From contig JAYOZP010000001.1 of NCBI GenBank assembly GCA_038154245.1, forward strand, positions 3,022 through 67,021: a DNA stretch of 64,000 nt. Reading direction: 5' to 3'. The DNA comes from Nitrospinales bacterium (GTDB lineage Bacteria; Nitrospinota; Nitrospinia; Nitrospinales; JAJDAT01). Made by a program: the position numbers and the translations under genes. Shown here piece after piece: positions 55,130 to 64,000 of the stretch; position 1 is the stretch's first letter, and each line of letters starts with the position of its first letter. Under the pieces are notes generated by a model. The model was given only the letters and a program-made list of their open reading frames with translations, searched no databases and was not told the DNA's origin.

Positions 55130-56932
55130 TTAGACGTCTACCAATTCCTCGTCGTTTGCCATATTCATGATTTCTTCTTTGCCAAATTTATCTAAATACA
55201 ATAAGAAGTGTTCTCTTGATAAAAACTTCCATATCTTACTAGAGGGATAATATTCATCAATTACTTGATTAAACCTCTCGTATATTTCCCCTACTTCGTT
55301 CTTGGTCATTCCGACTTTAATTTCAAAATCATACATTATCGACATATCGCGATCTGGATGCTTAATAACGCGGTCAATAGAAAATTTGGACGGATTATGA
55401 AAAACTGCAGAATCTTTTTCCAATGTGAAAGTAGATTGCCCTACAGAATGAATATTTCTCGAACGGGTTTCGCTGTTATCTATAATAAAATCAACCGTCT
55501 CAACCGCTTCCTCTTTTTCCTCAGTGGGAAACCCAAAAAACATATAAGTATGGTTCCAAATACCGGCCCGGCTAGCGTCCTCCAAAACTTGTTGCTCCGT
55601 AGCTTTGTCGGTGCCTTTTTCTATTAAAGATAAAATCCTATCGTTAGCGCTTTCCAACCCAAAGAAAAGCATAATAAAGCCAGCTTGGAACATTTCGTCG
55701 AATAACTTCTGGTTTTCTACCGTATTAGACTCAAACTTAATCATCGCCAGAGCTTTCATATCCAGCTTTTTATTCAATATGGCTTTAGACATCCGTTGAA
55801 ATGCATTGGGAGAAACAGCTTCGTCTGAAAAAGTGAAATGTCGAACACCGTGCCGTTCCGCGAAATATTCCAAGTCCTCCGCAACTCTTTCCTCATTTTC
55901 TTTGCGGTAATAAGAATCGTAGATAAAACTATGGGTGCAAAAAGTGCATTTCCCCCAATAACAACCTCGACTAGCCATATAAGGTAATACCGGATACGGC
56001 ATGAAGTATTTATCTAGAGGTAGTTGATCGAAGTTTGGGCGCGACAACTGCTCGTATGGAAGCGATTTAGCCGTTTCATTTTTTTTGACCACCCCTTCTT
56101 CCATATAAATCAAGTTTGGCACTGATTCTAAAGAACCTCCAGCCGATACTTGATTTATCAAACGCTCAAGAGGTAGTTCTCCTTCAAATAAAACGACGCT
56201 ATGAAAGTATTCTCTAAATAACGCTTGCTTGTCGTAAAGAACATCGGCGTGGCGGTTAAAAACGCTGCCTCCAATCGAAATATGAATATCGGGATAGCGT
56301 TCTCGGATAAATCGCGATAAAGTTAACGCCGGTATTACCTGGCCAACATGAATTATGGAAATTCCCACTAAACCATAGGAACTTAAATCCATATTTGGCA
56401 AAATAAAGTTTTGGAATAAATCGAAGTAAGGATTCCTTATTGGATCTTGCGTCGCTCCTAAAATACCCGGTAAGTGGTCTTCCGGAACTCCCTCCATATA
56501 TAAAGATTCTAGGTCCAATCGTGTCGGAAAATGAGCAAACGAAACTAATTGCATTGCAATTTTTAACGCCGTATACGCTTGCTTATAAATTGGAAATTGA
56601 AAAAACAATTCTTCCGAACGCAACACATTTTTAGCGCTTTCAACTTCAGACAGAACGTTCTCTAAATAATCCGTATCGGAAAGAATCTGGCGATAAACTT
56701 GTTTAACGTCTCTTTCACCAGGGGTTTGAGCGGGAGCGTCTAACCGGTATTTAATCTTATCTACGCAATATTCTAAATAGGGCCTTGATAGAAAAAAATC
56801 ATAGCTCTCTATATTTAAGTCGTATTGATCAACCTCCAGCCCTTTGCTCTCCAAATACCCCTTTAAAGTAGGAGCCGCTAAATACGGTTGGCTTGGAAAC
56901 CATTGAGGTGGAAATAAAAGAGCCGTCTTCAT
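55130..56932 (-). CDS. B12-binding-type radical SAM protein with a non-canonical CX4CX2C cluster spacing
   Basis: 'ASRGCYWGKCTFC' is encoded at 55937-55963. An N-terminal 'LVGISIIHV...ISIGGS' B12-binding-like block is present. Confidence 0.7.
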   Translation of the reverse strand: MKTALLFPPQWFPSQPYLAAPTLKGYLESKGLEVDQYDLNIESYDFFLSRPYLEYCVDKIKYRLDAPAQTPGERDVKQVYRQILSDTDYLENVLSEVESAKNVLRSEELFFQFPIYKQAYTALKIAMQLVSFAHFPTRLDLESLYMEGVPEDHLPGILGATQDPIRNPYFDLFQNFILPNMDLSSYGLVGISIIHVGQVIPALTLSRFIRERYPDIHISIGGSVFNRHADVLYDKQALFREYFHSVVLFEGELPLERLINQVSAGGSLESVPNLIYMEEGVVKKNETAKSLPYEQLSRPNFDQLPLDKYFMPYPVLPYMASRGCYWGKCTFCTHSFIYDSYYRKENEERVAEDLEYFAERHGVRHFTFSDEAVSPNAFQRMSKAILNKKLDMKALAMIKFESNTVENQKLFDEMFQAGFIMLFFGLESANDRILSLIEKGTDKATEQQVLEDASRAGIWNHTYMFFGFPTEEKEEAVETVDFIIDNSETRSRNIHSVGQSTFTLEKDSAVFHNPSKFSIDRVIKHPDRDMSIMYDFEIKVGMTKNEVGEIYERFNQVIDEYYPSSKIWKFLSREHFLLYLDKFGKEEIMNMANDEELVDV

Positions 56933-57208
56933 ACCGAAACCTTGTCGATAAATAAAATATAGGTTAGACAGTCGTAAAACTAACCGCGTCTTCTAAATTA
57001 ATCTATTTTACAAATACTTATTGAATATTAGAAATATTAACAGCAAAACGCACTTATTTAAACACGGAAATTTTTTAATAACCAAGGTAAGTTATTAAGA
57101 AAATATAACTTTAAATTCTCTCCTGGAAAATCTACTCATTACCCTTGAATTCCATGTAAGATTTTCGTATCGTACAACTCTATACCTCATACCAAAATTT
57201 ATTTTTAA

Positions 57209-60200
57209 ATGCAAAACTCTAAATCCATAAAAGTTTTTATCAGCTACAGCCATAACCCTGAAGAACATAAAAAACGAGTTCTTCGTCTCTCAGACCAGCT
57301 AAGAGAAAAAGGAGTACATTGCTGGATTGATCAATATGAAATGAATCCAGAAATAGGCTGGCATGTTTGGATGAAGGATCAAATTTCAAAATCCAACTTT
57401 GTTTTAGTTATTTGCACAGAAATCTATTTAAGAAGAAATGAAAAAAAGGAAAAACCTGGCCAAGGACTTGGGGTTTGTTGGGAAGGATTACAAATAGCGG
57501 CTGAAATTTATGAATCACAAGGGAGAAATTCCAAATTCATTCCAGTCATTTTTTCTGATAAAGATGCCCAGTATGTTCCGGCAGAACTAAAAAGCGCCAC
57601 CTTATTTAATTTAAACGATAAAGAAGGTTTTAAAGATTTGTTTCGGCTTTTAACGAATCAAAGCAAAATCATCCCTACGCCGGTTGCAGATACAGTGGAA
57701 GAGATGCCGCCAGAATCTTATTCGGAACCTGAAAATACTTTAGAAAAAAAAGAAAAAGAACTTTCCGAAAAAATAATTGTAAATCAGGAATCAACATCTT
57801 CTACTTCCTATATTAATTTTCTCTTTAGAGAAAATCCTTTTTTTACTGGGAGGAAAGATCTATTAGAAAAAATAAAAGAGAACTTAAACTCATCAAACTC
57901 AAATGAATCAGTATTGGCTTTGGGAGGACATGCAGGCGTTGGAAAAACTCAAATTGCTATTCAATTTGCTCATAGCGCGGATGGTCTTTATAAATTTATT
58001 TTGTGGGCTGAAGCCAAATCTGAAGCAGCATTGGCTCAAGAAATTTTACAATTTTTTCAAGCTTTGGAAATTCCAGGTTATGAATCTCAAAAACAAGAAG
58101 TTATTTTTTCCGTTTTCAAAAACTGGTTATCAAGCAACAGTGATTGGCTTTTGGTTTTAGACAACTTGGAAACATTCGATCTTTTTGAAAAAATTGTTCC
58201 CGTAAAGTTTAAGGGAAATGTCTTGATTACTACTCAATTAAACGATACGAGTTGGGTCAAAAAAATTTCCATTACCCCTTTTGAAGAAAATGATTGCGAA
58301 GGAATTACTTTATTATTACGACGTTCTGGAACAATTGAACAAAATGACTCTATTGAAAAAGCTGAAGATAACGAATTACAGGCTGCAAAAGATATTGATC
58401 GATTATTTGGCGGTTTACCTCTAGCGTTGGAACAAGCAGGGACTTTTACTAAAGTAACAGAAATAACCCTAAACAAATATTTAAGCCTTTTTGAAGCCCA
58501 TAGCAAAGAATTATTAGCACAAAAAACGAAAGAAACCAGTTACAAGAAATCAGTTACTCGTGCTTTTGAAATATCCCTTGAACAATCGAGAGAAAATAAT
58601 CCTATATCTTGGGAATTACTACAAATTTGCTCCTTTTTAGATCCTGATTTTATTCCTGAAAAACTATTTGAAAAAAGCCAAGAACTTTTCGATAAAAACT
58701 GGGCTGAGGCGTTTAAAGACGACCTTTCGCAAACTAAAACCATTGGCGACGCTTGTAAGTTTTCTCTTTTGAGACGCGATAAAAAACAAAAATCGTTGCA
58801 AATGCACCGTTTGATTCAACAGGTTTTTCGTGAGAGATTAGAAGATCCAAAACCGTGGGCAGAAAAAGCTCTAAAACTATTAAGCGCTTCCTTTCCCGAC
58901 CCCGAAGAGTTCAAAAACTGGGACCGATGCGGCCAGTTATTGCCATCAGTGCAAATTATGTTGCGTTGGATAAATAAATGGGAACTAAACTTTCCAGAAG
59001 CATTAATTCTATGTAATCGAGCTGGATACTATCGCATGACCCAGGGAGCTTATTTAGAAGCAGAAAGTTATTTTAGAAAGGCTTTCGCCATTTTCCACAC
59101 TAATCCACAAAATAATAAATCCGATTATGGAAGAACCCTTAATTTTTTGGGCGAGCTCAAGGTCTATCAAGGCTCTTATCAAAACGCAGAAAATTTTTTT
59201 AAACTTTCGGAAAAAACTTGGAAGAAAGTTTATTCAACAGAACATCCCGATATCGCCTTGGCTCTCAACAATAAAGCCGTAATTTACAATTATAGAGGAC
59301 GATATTTTGACTCCGAACCGCTATACAAACAGGCATTGGAAATGCGAAAAAAACTCCTTGGAGATGAACATCCCGATGTCGCTACCTCAATTGGAAATTT
59401 GGCTGGACTATATAAAAGTCAAGGACGATATAAAAACGCTGAACCACTCTATAAGCAAGCCTTAGAAATGCGAAAAAAAATCCTCGAGAATGAACATCCT
59501 GATATTGCAACCTCAATAGGGAGCTTAGCAGGACTTTATATAAACCTAGGACGATATAAAGAAGCCGAACCGCTATACAAACAGGCATTGGAAATGCGAA
59601 AAAAACTACTGGGAGAAGAACACCCCGATGTTGCTACCTCAATAGGAAGCTTGGCAGGACTCTATTCAAATCTAGGTCGCTATAAAGAAACAGAACCGCT
59701 CTACAAGCAATCGTTAGAAATGAGAAAAAAATTATTAGGTGATGAACATCCCGATGTCGCCACCTCCATAGGAAGCTTGGCAGGACTCTATTCAAACCTA
59801 GGTCGCTATAAAGAAGCTGAACCACTCTATAAACAAGCTCTAGAATTGCGAAAAAGACTCCTTGGAGAAGAACATCCCGATGTCGCCACTTCAAAGGAAA
59901 ATTTGGCCGTACTTTTTTCCGACCTGGGACGTTATAAAGAAGCAGAACAGCTCTACAAGCAATCGTTAGAAATGAGAAAAAAATTATTAGGTGATGAACA
60001 TCTCGATGTTGCTAATTCTAAGGCAAATTTGGCCACACTTTTTTCCGACCTGGGACGTTATAAAGAAGCAGAACAGCTCTATAAAGATGCTTTAGAAATG
60101 GAAAAAAAATTATTAGGTGATGAACATCCTAATATCGCCACTTCTATAGGGAATTTGGCTGGACTATATGCAGATCTGGGGCGCCATAAAGAAGCAGAAC

Positions 60201-60862
60201 AGGTTCATAAACAAGTATTAGAAATGCGAAAAAAATTATTAGGTGAAGAACATCCTCATATCGTCAATTCAAAAGCAAATTTGGCCGCACTATATACAAA
60301 ACTTAGGCGCTACAAAGAGGCGGAATCACTCTTCAAACAAGCGTTGGAAATGGGGAAAAAATTATTAGGTGAAGAACATCCTCATGTCGCTAGCTTAATG
60401 GGAAGTATGGCTCTACTTTTTATATACCAAGAACGCTATAAAGAGGCAGAACAACTTCAAAAACAAGCCTTAGCAATGGAAAAAAAATTATTAGGTGAAG
60501 AACATCCTAGTGTCGCCACCTCTTTAGGAAATTTTGCAGGATTTTATGATCAACAGGGCGACTATGAGAAAGCCGAGCCTCTATTCATACAATCTTTAGA
60601 AATAAAGAAAAAACTTTTAGGCAAAGAACATCCGGATATCCAAGGACTATTATGTAACTTGGGGAATTTATACTGGTCTAGGAAAGACTTTAAAAATGCT
60701 CAAGAGTATTTTCAAAAAGCTTTAGGCTTAAGCGAAGCTATTTGGGGATCTCAAAATTTAAAGACTACCAACTTACGAAAGGATCTAAAAATGGTTAAGA
60801 AAAAACGACCTATTTCAAAAAAGTCAAAAAATAAAAAAAGGGTAATTAAATTAAGGAAGTAA
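57209..60862 (+). CDS. STAND NTPase with SEFIR/TIR-like N-domain, NB-ARC and a TPR (KLC-type, 42-aa) array
   Basis: 'IKVFISYSHNPEEHKKRVLRLSDQLREKGVHCWIDQYE...FVLVICTEIY...KFIPVIF' (SEFIR/TIR-like). P-loop 'GGHAGVGKTQ', Walker B 'WLLVLDNLE', 'GGLPLALEQAG' (GLPL) and 'MHRLIQ' (MHD-like). These are followed by 13 repeats of 42 aa. Confidence 0.8.
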   Translation: MQNSKSIKVFISYSHNPEEHKKRVLRLSDQLREKGVHCWIDQYEMNPEIGWHVWMKDQISKSNFVLVICTEIYLRRNEKKEKPGQGLGVCWEGLQIAAEIYESQGRNSKFIPVIFSDKDAQYVPAELKSATLFNLNDKEGFKDLFRLLTNQSKIIPTPVADTVEEMPPESYSEPENTLEKKEKELSEKIIVNQESTSSTSYINFLFRENPFFTGRKDLLEKIKENLNSSNSNESVLALGGHAGVGKTQIAIQFAHSADGLYKFILWAEAKSEAALAQEILQFFQALEIPGYESQKQEVIFSVFKNWLSSNSDWLLVLDNLETFDLFEKIVPVKFKGNVLITTQLNDTSWVKKISITPFEENDCEGITLLLRRSGTIEQNDSIEKAEDNELQAAKDIDRLFGGLPLALEQAGTFTKVTEITLNKYLSLFEAHSKELLAQKTKETSYKKSVTRAFEISLEQSRENNPISWELLQICSFLDPDFIPEKLFEKSQELFDKNWAEAFKDDLSQTKTIGDACKFSLLRRDKKQKSLQMHRLIQQVFRERLEDPKPWAEKALKLLSASFPDPEEFKNWDRCGQLLPSVQIMLRWINKWELNFPEALILCNRAGYYRMTQGAYLEAESYFRKAFAIFHTNPQNNKSDYGRTLNFLGELKVYQGSYQNAENFFKLSEKTWKKVYSTEHPDIALALNNKAVIYNYRGRYFDSEPLYKQALEMRKKLLGDEHPDVATSIGNLAGLYKSQGRYKNAEPLYKQALEMRKKILENEHPDIATSIGSLAGLYINLGRYKEAEPLYKQALEMRKKLLGEEHPDVATSIGSLAGLYSNLGRYKETEPLYKQSLEMRKKLLGDEHPDVATSIGSLAGLYSNLGRYKEAEPLYKQALELRKRLLGEEHPDVATSKENLAVLFSDLGRYKEAEQLYKQSLEMRKKLLGDEHLDVANSKANLATLFSDLGRYKEAEQLYKDALEMEKKLLGDEHPNIATSIGNLAGLYADLGRHKEAEQVHKQVLEMRKKLLGEEHPHIVNSKANLAALYTKLRRYKEAESLFKQALEMGKKLLGEEHPHVASLMGSMALLFIYQERYKEAEQLQKQALAMEKKLLGEEHPSVATSLGNFAGFYDQQGDYEKAEPLFIQSLEIKKKLLGKEHPDIQGLLCNLGNLYWSRKDFKNAQEYFQKALGLSEAIWGSQNLKTTNLRKDLKMVKKKRPISKKSKNKKRVIKLRK
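59063..60700 (+). repeat. Thirteen in-phase 126-bp tandem coding repeats (42-aa TPR-pair units)
   Basis: Unit starts fall at 59063 + n*126. Central units share long identical nucleotide runs. For example, 'gaaccgctatacaaacaggcattggaaatgcgaaaaaaact' occurs at 59315 and 59567, and 'ctctacaagcaatcgttagaaatgagaaaaaaattattaggtgatgaacatc' occurs near 59700 and 59952. Confidence 0.9.
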
Positions 60863-60961
60863 TATTCTTTAGATAGAATTAAGGCAGGCAGTTCCATTCT
60901 CAATGAAGCAGTAAAACTAACACTAAAAAAGTTAATAGTTCAATTTCGCTAATTTATCTCT

Positions 60962-61777
60962 TTATTCGATTTCCGCAACTATCCTTAAAGGGGAGCCGCT
61001 TCCGCCTCCGATTTTCATTGGTAAGGCGATAACACGAAATCCTTTAGGAGGTAGCTTAGATAATTGACGCAGGTTTTCAAAGCCCGAAATATTGAATTCT
61101 CCAAAAACCTGATGAGCGAGAAATTTTTTAGATTGTCCAAAGTCCAAACTAGCTGTATCCAGTCCCACGGAGGAAACCTTACGCTTTTTAGCTAAGAATT
61201 GGGCGGCATCGACGCCAAATCCTGGAAAGTGTAGATTAGCCGTATCGCCTGGTTGGTCGGACCCGAGATATTTTCGTTTATCAGGCCAAAATCTCTCCCA
61301 ACCTGTCCGCACTAAAACGATGGTTCCTTCTGCAATGATTCCGTTATTGCTCTCCCACTCCAGAAGATCTTGTTCCGAGATTAAATAATCAGGATGTTCT
61401 TTGGCTTTATGACTCACGTCTACTAAAACACCTGGAGCTATGAGACGGTTCAATGGGATCTCGTCCACCCTCCAGCGTCCTTCCGCAAAATGAGCCGGAG
61501 CGTCTATATGGGTGCCGCCGTGTTCAGCTCCGCTAAAATTATTCGCCTCGTACCAAAAACCCGACTTCGTTTCCCCTTTATGAACTTCTTCCAAATGGAA
61601 GGGGCGACTCGTGGGCCAGTAAATCGTCGATTCATCAAAAGGATGCGTCAAATCAATGAATCTTGATTCCGCCCAAGTGGAAATGGGAAACAAATAACTT
61701 ATTGCCAAAGTCGCCAAATAAACAAATAGAATGTTACTCAGGTATTTGGACATTTTGGGAAAACAACTTCGCGTCAT
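60962..61777 (-). CDS. Secreted cyclase-family protein (kynurenine formamidase-like)
   Basis: 'GAEHGGTHIDAPAHF' metal-binding block and 'LVRTGW'. An N-terminal signal-like hydrophobic segment is present. Confidence 0.7.
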   Translation of the reverse strand: MTRSCFPKMSKYLSNILFVYLATLAISYLFPISTWAESRFIDLTHPFDESTIYWPTSRPFHLEEVHKGETKSGFWYEANNFSGAEHGGTHIDAPAHFAEGRWRVDEIPLNRLIAPGVLVDVSHKAKEHPDYLISEQDLLEWESNNGIIAEGTIVLVRTGWERFWPDKRKYLGSDQPGDTANLHFPGFGVDAAQFLAKKRKVSSVGLDTASLDFGQSKKFLAHQVFGEFNISGFENLRQLSKLPPKGFRVIALPMKIGGGSGSPLRIVAEIE

Positions 61778-61851
61778 CGCAATTAAGAACTAATTATGAA
61801 AAAGTTTAAGCTCGGAAATATCTAAAAGGCAAATAAACCTAAATTTAAAAC

Positions 61852-62703
61852 TCAATATTTTGCTTTTTTTACACATCTAAATCCGAAGGAAGGATTTTTC
61901 ATTTTGGGATCTACCCAATTACGAGCGGAGATAATAGAAAAACCTTGTTGAGTTCTCCATCCCCCACCCTTGACAAGCTGTTGATTAATTGAGCTTTCCG
62001 AACTTGGGGCTACCCATTCCCAAACGTTTCCCGTCATATCTTGAGCGCCGCTGGAAGCAACCCCCGAGGGATAAGAACCTACGTGAGCAACACCGTCAAA
62101 ACCATCATCGCTTCCCATTAAATTAGCCTTCTTGGGGTCATATCGATTGCCCCAGGGCCAAAGTTTTCTGACGGGACCTTGAGCCGCAGCTTCCCATTGA
62201 GCTTCCGTCGGTAATATTTTACCGGCCCAAAAGCAATAATCTTTGGCTTGAAACCATGTAACGCCAACTGCGGGACATTGTGGGCAAGAATTAATAAAAC
62301 GGGTTTCGTTGTATTTCGGATCAAATTTTTTAAATTGAGCGACGGTTATTTCAAAACGATCAATATAAAAAGCCAACAAATTAATCTGAGTACCGGAAGA
62401 GTTTGTTTTTCCCGAAGGCGGGGTTACAAAATACTTGCCCGAATCTACTAAAACCATTGAGCTTTGATCTTTGGGATTTACAATGGAAGGTAAAACTAAA
62501 CTTTGACGCTTCCCTGTCGATCTAGCCTTAGGTTTAGTTTTTTGTGGAGAATTTTGCGCAGTTTTAGAGGAAGATTTTTTTCCGGCTCGTTTTTTTTGGC
62601 TTTGGCTGTATTTATTTTTAGAGGATCTTCTTTTTTTATGTGGACCGCTTGAGCAGGAAAAAACAAATAACGCGCAGATAAAAATGGCAATTATTTTATT
62701 CAA
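61852..62703 (-). CDS. Lipoprotein with an FGE-sulfatase (SUMF1/C-type-lectin-fold) domain and a long basic linker
   Basis: Lipobox 'FVFSC', then about 60 aa rich in K/R/S, then 'VGVTWFQAKDYCFWAGKILPTEAQWEAAAQG', 'GNVWEW' and 'KGGGWR'. Confidence 0.75.
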   Translation of the reverse strand: MNKIIAIFICALFVFSCSSGPHKKRRSSKNKYSQSQKKRAGKKSSSKTAQNSPQKTKPKARSTGKRQSLVLPSIVNPKDQSSMVLVDSGKYFVTPPSGKTNSSGTQINLLAFYIDRFEITVAQFKKFDPKYNETRFINSCPQCPAVGVTWFQAKDYCFWAGKILPTEAQWEAAAQGPVRKLWPWGNRYDPKKANLMGSDDGFDGVAHVGSYPSGVASSGAQDMTGNVWEWVAPSSESSINQQLVKGGGWRTQQGFSIISARNWVDPKMKNPSFGFRCVKKAKY

Positions 62704-63140
62704 TTCTTATTGCGTTCCTTTTCCATATATTTATCAAATTTTCCCTTTAGGGAGTGGTATCGGTCGTAATTTTTTTTAGCTTCGGCTTTGTTACCCATCA
62801 TTTCAAAGGAATAACCTAAACTATAATAAGCGTCCATAAATGTAGGGTCGAGTTGAACCGCCGTTTGAAAAACGGCAACGGCTTGTGAATAAGATTCCTG
62901 AACATTATAAATTCCTCCTAAGCCATAATATGCTTGAGGATTTTTTTTATCCTTATCAATAGCGTTTAAAAACGATTCTAAAGCGCGCCCATAATCTTCG
63001 TTACGAGTAAATTTCAAACCATCTTCCACATATTGTTGGCTGGTTTTTTCTGCGCATTGGCTTAAAATCAACCCACAAACAATTAAAAAAACTAGGCGAG
63101 CTAATTTATTTAAAAAAAAATATTTCTTATCTATTGTCAT
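62700..63140 (-). CDS. Small TPR lipoprotein
   Basis: Lipobox 'ILSQC' and three TPR units. Its stop overlaps the FGE-domain gene start by 4 nt. Confidence 0.7.
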   Translation of the reverse strand: MTIDKKYFFLNKLARLVFLIVCGLILSQCAEKTSQQYVEDGLKFTRNEDYGRALESFLNAIDKDKKNPQAYYGLGGIYNVQESYSQAVAVFQTAVQLDPTFMDAYYSLGYSFEMMGNKAEAKKNYDRYHSLKGKFDKYMEKERNKN

Positions 63141-63320
63141 CGCGAAAAAAGAAGCCTGTCAGGAAGCCAAATAAAAAAACACTTAATTAGTTTTTTTATA
63201 GGAATTTGAAAATTTAGAAGCTTTAAAAGTCGTCTTAAAAACTTAAAATATCATAACACCAACCAGACCAAATTAAAACTGCGCTGGAATGGTCAAAACA
63301 AATAACAAACTAAAAGCTTA

Positions 63321-64000
63321 ATGGATCCCACAATTTTTCTAATTATTTTAATTTGTTCAATTCTATCAGCTTTGGCATGCGCGTTTTTCTTTTTCGATTG
63401 GTTCGGAATTTTTAAACTTAGACAATCAAATTCCCACCGCATACAAAAATTTAGACGCCTGGCTAACCTCTCTGAAAACTTCCCTCAAGAAAAACAAGCT
63501 TGTCAGATTATCTCTGATAAGATCGATCACCTAGACTCAACCTGGTTTCTTTCAGATGAAGAATGGAATGTTTACGAAAACGTTCATACTTTTCTTTCAA
63601 ATATCGCCTCCGCCTACAATCCAACTTCTAAAAATCCTATTTTAGAAGTTCGAGTAGGAAAATTAATCTCAGGTCTTAAAGCATTAAACTTAAAAATCTT
63701 AGAACTCTTGAGTCGCAAGGGTTTTCGAAAAATGGCCGACTTTCGCCTAAAACACGCTCTTGCCGTTCAAAAAGCGTGGAAAAAAAAGCAAGAGTGGGAA
63801 AGCTCTGGGTGGGGAACTTTTTTAAAAAGAACTCGATTTTACTTTATCGCCAAGTGGGCATACACAGCTTTTCGTTTTTTCGATATAAGTTTTTGGGCTA
63901 TTAAAACTCTCACAAGCCTAACCCATCACTATGCTTTTAAAACGTTGCTCATTAATTTATATCTAGAACTTGGGGAGTTTGGGCTTTCGATTTACCGCGA
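63321..64000 (+). CDS. Hypothetical membrane protein, 3' end outside the window
   Basis: The frame from the ATG at 63321 stays open to the window edge (226 codons, checked by hand). It has an N-terminal TM helix 'IFLIILICSILSALACAFFFF'. It is absent from the ORF track, presumably because no stop is reached. Confidence 0.5.
   Translation, partial: MDPTIFLIILICSILSALACAFFFFDWFGIFKLRQSNSHRIQKFRRLANLSENFPQEKQACQIISDKIDHLDSTWFLSDEEWNVYENVHTFLSNIASAYNPTSKNPILEVRVGKLISGLKALNLKILELLSRKGFRKMADFRLKHALAVQKAWKKKQEWESSGWGTFLKRTRFYFIAKWAYTAFRFFDISFWAIKTLTSLTHHYAFKTLLINLYLELGEFGLSIYR

Noticed and set aside
59063-60700. Strict 126-bp periodicity that could superficially suggest a CRISPR-like or satellite array
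   Set aside because: The repeats are in frame inside one long ORF. They encode canonical 42-aa TPR-pair units, have no unique spacers, and no cas genes are nearby.
61852-62703. FGE-sulfatase/C-type-lectin-fold C-terminus as a possible diversity-generating retroelement target
   Set aside because: There is no reverse transcriptase gene in the window, and no template-repeat copy of the 3' end of the gene is visible.

Overview
AT-rich bacterial chromosomal segment; I cannot assign a taxon from sequence alone. All protein calls come from reading the supplied translations by eye for family motifs. No searches were run.

Housekeeping genes are scattered through the window: fabI/fabZ, gpmA, elbB, a fused aroD-aroE, purS-purQ-purL-purF, a UPF0182 membrane protein and a thioredoxin-like protein.

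The dominant feature, from about 2 to 42 kb, is a very large envelope-glycosylation-type gene set:
- Six radical-SAM enzymes. Five have an N-terminal cobalamin-binding-type domain and one is SPASM-type.
- GT2 and GT4 glycosyltransferases.
- Five polytopic GT-C-like membrane proteins.
- An unusual number of these enzymes are fused to TPR arrays, including one three-part fusion of radical SAM, TPR and GT2.

This radical-SAM plus TPR-tethered glycosyltransferase set is my best candidate for an undescribed system.

Accessory content:
- Left edge: the end of a probable tRNA-integrated island, with an R-M methylase fragment, a DprA-like protein and an orphan tRNA 3' fragment.
- 22.2-25.4 kb: a small cassette with an integrase, a membrane protein and a HigB/HigA-like pair, wedged into the glycosylation cluster.
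- 57.2-60.9 kb: a 1217-aa SEFIR/TIR-like, NB-ARC, TPR STAND NTPase whose sensor region is built from thirteen in-phase 126-bp repeats.

A family of roughly 100-105 bp palindromic intergenic repeats occurs six times. All copies share one orientation, and most lie just upstream of start codons.
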